Origin: Utricularia gibba
Lineage: Eukaryota > Plantae > Magnoliophyta
Direction: 5' to 3'
Length of the DNA: 46,931 bases
Assembly: GCA_002189035.1 (NCBI GenBank)
Contig: NEEC01000125.1
Location: forward strand, 1-46,931
Of this stretch, positions 23,889 through 33,150 are shown piece by piece. Made by a program: the position numbers and the translations under genes. Below the pieces are notes generated by a model. That model searched no databases and was not told the DNA's origin. It worked only from the letters and a program-made list of their open reading frames with translations. The first letter of the stretch is position 1, and every line of letters begins with the position of its first letter.

Positions 23889-25555
23889 AATCTTCTGCTG
23901 TTTGTGTAGGATGTTTTCATTTGAAACAGTTAATGCGTTGAGCTTTGTTCCTTTTGTGATCAAACTCGGTTTTATCATAACAAATTATATATTTTAATTT
24001 TTATCCATAAATTTTACTAGCTATAATTATAAAATTTGATAAACAATTCACCCTAAACCATAAGACTATTTTTCAGTTTAGAACTTCATTGCACGATCGG
24101 TCTATGAAGTATGTGATACGTTTCATCTAAAAATATACTAATATATCATCAATAAAAACCATCATCCAATCTATGAATGTTACTGGTGCATTTGCGAATT
24201 CAAAAGGCATCACTACTAATTCGTGATGCCCACATCCAATCTGAAAGGTCATTGGATTAATTATCTATTTATACCAATTTAACTATTTAAAAACATTAAT
24301 TCCTCATACTCATATGCATTAGTAATTTGTCAAAAACGCTTGTTTCTTTCAATTTCAAATAGTTTAAAATAGATATGAACTTTATAACTATTTTTAAATT
24401 AGTTGATTAGAAAACATTGCTTGGACATAAAAAATCTATCCATTTTTTTTCCTAAAAAAACACATCATGTGCATTTAATAGCACACGGAAATTATTAAAC
24501 TGATGAACTGAAACCAACACCTCACCAAATACAATATACATCCACTATAAATTCTTTATTCAAATATTGGTGACGTGACAAGAAGGTGGCCGTTCCGCCG
24601 CCGGGAAGACGAAATAGGAGAGGATTACGCTTGACTTTCCTTTTTTTTAGCAATGAATTAAATATTATATATCTTATTAAATCGAAATTTGATATTTAAT
24701 ATTATGAATTAGATATTCAATTTTTTTTATCTAATTTAACATTTATGATGAAATATAAATGCATATATTAAGTGGATTTAATTAATTTTACTAATTTAAT
24801 GTAAAAAGTCGTATTAATGACTTGATAAATAATGAATTCTTAAATAAAAATTTCAATAGAACTATGAATCACTGATTCGACTTTTATATCATTTCTGGTG
24901 CATTGGGTGCCCAGATTAATTAATTAATTCATTTTAAATCTAATTTTTTTCTTCATTTATTTATTTTTTTATTTCTTAAATCTTACTAATTAATAATTCT
25001 AATCTAATAAGATTGAATCCGGTACGGGTGTTTATTGACTTCATATTTCTAATTTTATTTGATTTTTTATTTTTTAATTATTTTAAATGATATTTTAAGT
25101 TTCTTTAGTTTTTAGTAAAAATTAATTTATTTGAGTGTTTCAAAAAATAATTTAATATGTATTAAAATATTAAAATTAAAAATCGTAATTTTTTAAATCA
25201 CTAATCAATGTATTCAAATATGTGAATAGATAAATCCACAGTATCTATATATCCTAACCCCACCTAGAGAACATAATCATCATGTTGAAATCATTGATTT
25301 TTTTTTTATATACATTATCTCATTCTTATTTAATCAATTTTACAAAATACGAAATCTGAAAAGAAGCCAAGTCAGTATAGAAATTTGAAGACCGCGGCCG
25401 ATACAGCTTTCTGGATGATTGATTGTTTTGTGGTTTTGAATTAGTTGACTGTTTTGTGGGTTTAAATTGTGGATGATCCACCATGAACGTAGAACGGCGG
25501 CAGGAAGCACTTGGCAGAAATAAACGAAGGCTGGTTGTGCATTGAGGAGGAAGAA

Positions 25556-27654
25556 ATGAGTTCAAGCTCGGCATCCACTTCTTTTCCACTTCGCTACTAT
25601 CCACAGTTGCATGAACCAGCGCTTGAAGGTGCCCCATCCTAAATGATGTTTGCTTTTATCTCTTGTCCTGATGTCTGATTTGCAAGATCATTGTTAACTG
25701 GATTCAGATCTACCGGATTACGTTTCGAACGGAGAATGGGGATTGTGATGAACTTTGCGAGACACCATCCCGACGCACTGTGGACGCCATTACCGCCCAA
25801 GAGTCAGAATCTCCTGATGGTCGCAGTGAAATCGAATCCAAAGCCTTGGATTATTAGACATTTGGTGGAGCTCATGCCCAGGGACAAGTTGAACTTGGGT
25901 GACGACCAGGGCAACACGCCGCTTCACATCGCGGCGGAGTACGGGCGCTTAGAGGATGCTAAGCTTCTGGTGGAGAAGAACAGCGTGCTGCTGGCGACTA
26001 GGAACAAGGAGTCGTTGCTGCCGGTGCACTTGGCCGCCGCGAAACTCCATAAAAGTATGACCTTTCTTTTCATGGAGAAAATGAAAACAAACATGGATGA
26101 TGTGCTTGAAGGACCAGGTGCGGTATCATTCATGGATTTCGCTCTTAGTTTCCAGCTTTACGGTATGCAATAAAAACTGCCCAAACATTGGTTTGAACGG
26201 ATGAAAATGATTCCCATTAGAGGAGTATGGCTCTTGTTTCCAGATCTCGCTCTGTGGATGGTGGAGAAAAAACGATATCTTGCTATGAGCAGGGAAACAA
26301 TGTGCGTCCCATTGAACATGCTGGCATGGAACTCCTCTGCCTTTCGAAGTGTGATGAAACTCGGGATCTTGAAATCCCTTTTTTACTACTGTAAGCCTGC
26401 TTGCCTGGAAAAATACATTTCGAGCTCTGGGTTTCTAGAACTAGTGAACAAATCTAATCTCGGTTTCTAGGTAGTCCAGAGACGGATATAATTTCGGAGA
26501 CGCCATCACCAGGTGGCACTACTATTATTGAAAGTTGGATTCGTACTTCAGGAATCACAAGTTTCAGAAATTGCAGGAAATCGGAATTGCCAAGCAGTCC
26601 CGCTTGTGAAAAAGCTGTGTGAAGTGATCAATGTGGAAGCCCACGGACGAGCTAAAGATTTTCTCATGGAACCGCTCTTCGTCGCTACGCAGAACGGGGT
26701 GATTGAGATTGTGAAAGAAATAGTTGATTCGCATCCGGATGCTGTCAACTTTAGCGACGACGACGGCACTACTGCGATCAAACTAGCCTTGATGCATCGC
26801 CGGAGAAAGATATTCGAGTTCCTACAAAAACGCTACGTGCAAGGGGAAACAACATGTGGCGGGTTTTATCGAGAAAGGAGCAATAATTTGCTGCATTTGG
26901 TGGCACGTAATCCGAAACAAAGCTACCATTATACTTACCGCGACACCATCTTCGAGATGCGGCGCGAGTTGCTATGGTTTCAGGTGATAATGGAATGAAA
27001 ACATGGAACTCGTCGAGCATCATTTTATCTCATCTGATTAAGTGACTGTATCGCTGTGCTCATTCAATCTTCTTGGCGTCCAGGCAATTGAGGATATAGT
27101 GCATCCTTTGCAAAAGATGGACTTGAATGAGGATAACAAGACTCCTTGGGCTGTGTTCCTCGAAGAGCATCGCGAGCTTGCGGACAAGGAAAAGAGCTGG
27201 ACTCTTTCCATCGCGACTTCATGCTCCATCGTGGCGTCACTGGTCGCCACGGTTGCATTCGCAGGGGTCATCACAGTTCCCGGCGGCGAAAATTCCGATG
27301 GGATGCCGAATTTCAAAGATAGGAGAGGGTTCCCCATTTCATCAATTGCAATTATGCCGCCCTGACCTCCGCCATCGGCACCATCCTAATATTCTTGAAC
27401 ATATTCACCTCTCAATTCAGGCCCATGGATTTCATGAGATTGTTGCCGATTAAAGTGATGTTTGTCCTCCTCTTCGTGGCCATTGCCTCGGCTCCTTGTT
27501 CACCGCCTTTAATATAAGTCTGATTCTCATCTTAGATCCCCTAAAAATTTGGACGGCGGCGCTTCGTATTCTTCTAGTGGTACTGCTAGTCCTGGTTTAT
27601 GCTGTGCTCGGTTTCCCAATTTATTATCTACATCCATGGAATCGAAGAAACTAA
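25556..27654 (+). CDS. Ankyrin-repeat PGG-domain transmembrane protein, copy 2 (start approximate)
   Basis: LLMVAVKS, GNTPLHIAAEYG, LPVHLAA, ATQNGVIEIV, NNLLHLVA, RELLWFQ/AIE, AFAGVITVPGG. Ends ...YLHPWNRRN* (TAA 27652-27654). Several small frame-disrupting deletions, mostly in homopolymers; no TE insertion and no clear nonsense substitution seen. Confidence 0.8.
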
Positions 27655-29902
27655 TCATCGACATCGAATGATCCGGGGGGGGTGAAGACGACCATGCTGC
27701 TTCCATTACTACTACTGTGTTGTAACCTTGAATTTTCGAATAATAATTTAAAAAATGAAAAAAAAAACCCAGGAGTGTTCTTTATATTATTATCACTCTA
27801 ACCATTAGACAATTTTTAATAAGAAATGATCTTTAAATACCTATTTTATTTTTCTAAAATTCATTTATACATGAAAAGAAAAACGCAATAAACTCAAGAC
27901 CACTCGGTAATATTCTTGGCGTTTCACATGGTACCCGTATTTAAATATGGGTTATTCGAGAATATAACTAGATTATACTGTTTACAAAAATTTTAAAAAT
28001 TATTTTTACTATTTCAAAATTTCATATAATTAATCCTTATTATTCAAAATAATAATAAAACTGCGCTTCAATAATTTAGTACTTATTATTTATATAAACA
28101 GTTTGGTACAAATATTTTCTTTTATTTGAAATAATTGGCATTTTTTCCAATGGTTTAAAAATTTAATAAAATTAATCTCCAACTATGTTTAGCTTTTAAA
28201 CATAAGATATTAATTATACCAATTATTTGAAATAGTGGGAATTACTTGTAGGTAGTATGTCAAATTTTGTGAATTAATTATATCCGATATGTGAAACTTT
28301 TGAAACATATTTTGTTAATGAGGACAAAAAATATTAATGCCTTTTTAACATACTTTATTCAAATACATGCCAAAATACTAATATTATAACAAAAATGCCT
28401 GGTTCTTGTAATGATTATTTCAATAATTTGGTATTATTTTTCTCATAAAACATGAGTAATTTTTTCTCCCTAGTACATAATTTCCTTTCTATTGTGTTAG
28501 AAATAATTCTATTTTTCAAGAAGTAAAATCAATAGAAAGTAATTATTACCCAACATTCTTTGTCATGTTTTATAACGAGTTTCAAGCACAAAGCACATGT
28601 GATTTAAGTCCATAGCTTCATCATACTGTTTGGTTTTCAATTCTCAAATCCCGTTGGATATGCGGATGCCTTTAAGTCTCGCGACCGCTATTACCCTCTT
28701 TCCACTCGGAAATTTTTCTCCTGTGTGATGGTGGGGGTTGGTAGGATCAAAGAAGGACAGGGTTACCATCATATGCTAATGAGATAGGATTGGAAGACAC
28801 GGTTAATCAAATCCATGAAGGTTGCTAGTGTGTTTGTGAGTTCAAAAGGCATCACTAATAACTCATGATGTTCATATCGAGTTTGAAAGACCATCGGATT
28901 AGTTATCTATTTATACTAATTTAAATATTTAAAAACATTAATTCCTTACATTCGTATCCATTGGCAACTTATCAAAAAGGCTTGTCATTATTTCAATTTC
29001 AAATAGTTTAAAATATGACATAGGAGATCAACTTTACAACTATTCTTACATTAGTTGATTAGAAAACACATACAACTGATTGCTTGGACATAAAAAATCT
29101 ATCAATTTTTTTCTAAAAAAACGCATCATGTGCATTTAATGGCACATGGAAACTATTAAACTGATGAACTGAAACCAACACCTCACCAAATACAATATAC
29201 ATCCACTAAAAATTTTTTATTCAATGATTGGTGACGTAACAAGGTGGCCGTTCCTCCGCCAGGGAAGACGAAATAGAAGAGGATTACGATTGACTGCTTC
29301 TTTTCTTTTTTTTTTGCGCAGTAAAGAAAATATTATATATCTTATTAAATCGAAATTGTAGGTTGTTGGGTACAAACTGGGATCTCATTTGATTGGACAT
29401 GTGAGATTATTTTAAGTTAAATATTGCTAAACATTGATATTTAATATTATGAATTAGATATTCAATTTTTTTTTTTATCTAATTTAACATTTATGATGAA
29501 ATTTTAAGACCCCGGCCAATACAGCTTCTGGATGATTGTTTTGTGGTTTAAAATTGTGGATGATCCACCATGAACGTAGAACGGCGGCAGCAAGCACTTG
29601 GCAGAAATAAGCGAAGGCTGGTTGCGCTTGAAGTGCAGTGAGAAGGAAGAAATGCGTTCAAGCTTGGCATCCACTTCTGATCCACAGTTGCGTGAACCAG
29701 CGCTTGAAGGTGCTCCATCCCTCCTCCAATCAAATGATGTTTGCTTCTATCTCTTGTCCTGATGTCTGATTTGCAAGATCATTGTTAACTGGATTCAGAT
29801 CTACGGGATTACGTTTCGAACGGAGTATGGGGGATTGTGATGAACTTTCAGACACAGCATCCCGAAGCACTGTGGACGCCATTACCGCCCAAGAGTCAGA
29901 AT

Positions 29903-30269
29903 TGTTGGAGTGATAGTTCAATCAAGGACTTAACTGACTCGCCCAATGCATCAGACACAGAAAAGAAAACTCCCGCTGAGAATCCGACTTCGGAGAAGAA
30001 TAAGACAGACACGTTGAAGCTTCGCGGTCTGATTGTTCTGGGCTCCAATATTTCCTCAAATGAATACATGAAGAAGCCCAGTCAGGCCCATGTGCCAGAG
30101 CCTGAAAGCCCACCGTAATCCTGCACTCGAAGACAAAACAACGGCTAGTTAGATGCAGCAACGGATACTTTCTTCACTATAAATTGAGCATTGTACCTGT
30201 TTACAAGATACAGCCCTCAAGTTTTATAAATGTTATTTCATATCATGCCCTGTCTCTAAAATTATTTCA
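29903..30269 (+). mobile_element. Solo LTR, 367 bp, inserted in a coding exon
   Basis: Begins TGTTGG, ends TTTCA, flanked by AGAAT direct repeats (29898-29902, 30270-30274). The empty site GTCAGAATCTCCTG is present in copy 2. + strand CTATAAAT at 30177-30184. Confidence 0.9.
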
Positions 30270-30710
30270 AGAATCTCCTGATGTTCGCCTTGAAATCGAA
30301 TCCAAAGCCTTGGATTATTAGAGAGTTGGTGGACCTGATGCCCAGGGACAGGTTGACCTTGGTTGACAACGAGGGCAACATGCCGCTTCACATCGCGGCG
30401 GAGTACGGGCGCTTAGAGAATGCTAAGCTTCTGGTGGAGAAGAACAGCGTGCTGCTAGCGACCAGGAATAATGAGTCGTTGCTGCCGGTGCACATGGCTG
30501 CCGCGAAACTCCGTAAAAGTATGACCTTTCTTTTTATGGAAAAGATGAGAACAAACATGGATGATGTGCTTGAAGGACCAGGTGTGGTGTCGCTCATGGA
30601 TTTCGCTCTTAGTTTCCAACTTTACGGTATGCACTACAAACTGCCCAAACATTGGTTTGAACGGATGAAAATGATTCTCATTTGAGTACTCAAAGAGTAT
30701 GGCTCTTGTT

Positions 30711-31126
30711 TATAGGAATAATGGCGCTGCAATTGAGTTGAAGAGGACAAAAGACCTCACAACAGACTTCCAAGTCGAAGGAGGGCTCTTTATTAATGTA
30801 AAAGAGTACAAAAAACGTTCTGTAAACTAAGGGAATTTATAGAGTACAAAATCAGTTGTCGAGATCCTATAATTCCTCGATGCGGTTGCCTAGAATGATG
30901 CCTTTGACTCCCTCAAATAATGGAAAGTAGTTGATCTTGAAGAAGTAAACCTACTCCACTTCCTTTCATAAGCATATGATTTGACCGACTCATGTTCAAG
31001 TAGGGTGTACTAGGTTATCGAGTGACATTTTCCATCCTCATTAGGGGTCAGTCTCCTTATTACCCCTCACCTTATGGCTCCAACCCTTATTTCTCCACTG
31101 ACCCATGTCCTTCAACACCCTCTCTC
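30711..31126 (-). repeat. Copia 3' LTR (30711-31117, 407 bp) with polypurine tract GAGAGAGGG (31118-31126)
   Basis: On the minus strand the PPT is followed directly by TGTTGAAGG; internal CTATAAAT and AATAAA; ends CCTATA (probably CA mutated to TA). Confidence 0.85.
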
Positions 31127-31936
31127 AAACTTAGCTGTGGTTGGAGGCTAAGTTTGATTCTGAAAAATAGAAGTCTTTGAAATGGCATTCTCTTGGTGAA
31201 GAGATCTGCGAGCTGGTGTTGAGAGGGGATGTGACGAGTCACCAAGTAACCTAGGGCCACTCTTTCTCGAACAAAATGGTAGTCAACTTCAATATGCTTA
31301 CTTCGAGAATGTAGAACCAGGTTTACAGTCAAGTGCAGGGCACTGAGGTTGTCACAATATAGTGTAGGTGTGGTTGCAAGTTTAACTTGAATGTCTCTCA
31401 GAATGAACTGTAACCAAGTTACTTTTGCTGCGGTATGGGCCATTGCTCGATACTCTACTTCTGTACTGGAGCGAGACACTGTGTGTTGCTTTTTGGAGCT
31501 CCAAGATATTGGGTTTTTGCCCAAGAGAACACAATAGCCAGTGGTAGACCGTCGAGTAAGTGGGCAACTTGCCCAATCTGCATCTGAATGCGCATCCAAG
31601 CACATGGAAGAAGACTTGTCGAAGGACAATCCAAGGTTCAGCGTGCTCTTTATATACTTCAGGACTCAGGTGGCCAATGTGAGATGGTAGTGAGTTAGCG
31701 ACTGCATAAATTGTGAAATGAAATTCACACTGTATGTGATGTCAGGCCTTGTAAACGTTAGATATTGCAAAGCTCCTACAAGGGCTCGAAAGGGAGTAGG
31801 ATCAACAAGACGTTCTCCAGGCTGTGCAAGCTTAAGTTTTGACACTTGTGGTGTAGTGGCTGGCTTGCAATCTCAAAAACCAAACCTGTCTAAGACACAG
31901 AGAGCATAGTGAGACTGAGTAAGTTGAAGGCTAGTT

Positions 31937-33150
31937 GCAGTTTGTAAGACTTGGACTCCAAGGAAGTGATGCAAGGGACCAAGATCCTTCATACCAAATT
32001 CTGTGGATAATTTTTTGATCAAATCATGTATCAGGTCTGGGCTTGTTCCTGTTACAACGATGTCATCTACATAGAGGAGTAGGATTAGTGTATCACTGTC
32101 AACATGAGTGACAAATAATGACGGATCAAGCAAAACTACAAAAGAAACCCAAACTTAAGAGAAAAGAGCTGAAACGATCAAACCAGGCCCTCGATGCCTG
32201 TTTGAGACCATACAACGCTTTATTCAATTTGTAGACATGTGTAGGGTATTGAGAACTACGCATACCTGGGGGTTGCTCCATATAGATATTCTCTGTGAGT
32301 TCACCATGAAGAAAGGCATTCTTCATATCCAACTGGCGAATGTCCCACTCATTGATAAGTGTAATAGCGATTATCAGTCGGATGGTAGTTGGTCTGATCA
32401 CAAGAGAGAACGTTTCTGTGTAGTCAACGCCATCTATCACAGGAGAGAACGTTTCTGTGCGTCACCCCGGGTGGAGCGCTGCGATGCATGAAGAATTAGA
32501 AGCACTCCACAAAAACAACACCTGGACTTTGGTTCCACGAAGTTCTTTGCAGCACTCCATTGACTGCAAATGGGTATTCAAGGCAAAACTTAAGCCTGAT
32601 GGATCACTCGATCGTCTCAAAGCCCGTCTCGTTGCAAAGGGCTTTAACCAGATAGATGGCGTTGACTACACAGAAACGTTCTCTCCTGTGATCAGACCAA
32701 CTCCATCCGACTGATAATCGCTATTGCACTTATCAATGAGTGGGACATTCGCCGGTTGGATGTGAAGAATGCCTTTTTTCATGGTGAACTCACAGAGAAT
32801 ATTTATATGGAGCAACCCCCAAGTATGCGTAGTTCTCAATACCCTACACATGTCTACAAATTGAATAAAGCGTTGTATGGTCTCAAATAGGCACCGAAGG
32901 CCTGGTTTGATCGTTTCAGCTCTTTTCTCTTAAGTTTGGGTTTCTTTTGTAGTTTGCTTGATCCGTCATTATTTGTCACTCATGTTGACAGTGATACACT
33001 AATCCTACTCCTCTATGTAGATGACATCGTTGTAACAGGAACAAGCCCAGACCTGATACATGATTTGATCAAAAAATTATCCATAGAATTTGGTATGAAG
33101 GATCTTGGTCCCTTGCATCACTTCCTTGGAGTCCAAGTCTTACAAACTGC
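31937..33150. repeat. Long inverted repeat of copia RT: arms 31937-32438 and 32651-33150, spacer 212 bp
   Basis: The arms are reverse complements with about 11 substitutions and 2 single-base indels by manual comparison. The ORF track shows the same peptide (LLLYVDDIVVTGTSPDLIHDLIKKLS) on both strands. Confidence 0.95.

Noticed and set aside
25326-29733. Repeated minus-strand ORF (MGHLQALVHATVD...PSACCRRSTFMVDHPQF at 25326-25637 and 29548-29733) as a novel peptide gene
   Set aside because: It lies antisense to the duplicated 5' region of ANK copies 2 and 3; the similarity is explained by the segmental duplication and the lengths are not conserved.
31937-33150. Inverted repeat as a palindromic-read or missed-adapter artefact
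   Set aside because: The arms differ by ~11 transitions, the spacer is distinct upstream RT sequence, and the TSD is intact on both sides. An artefact would give near-identical arms.
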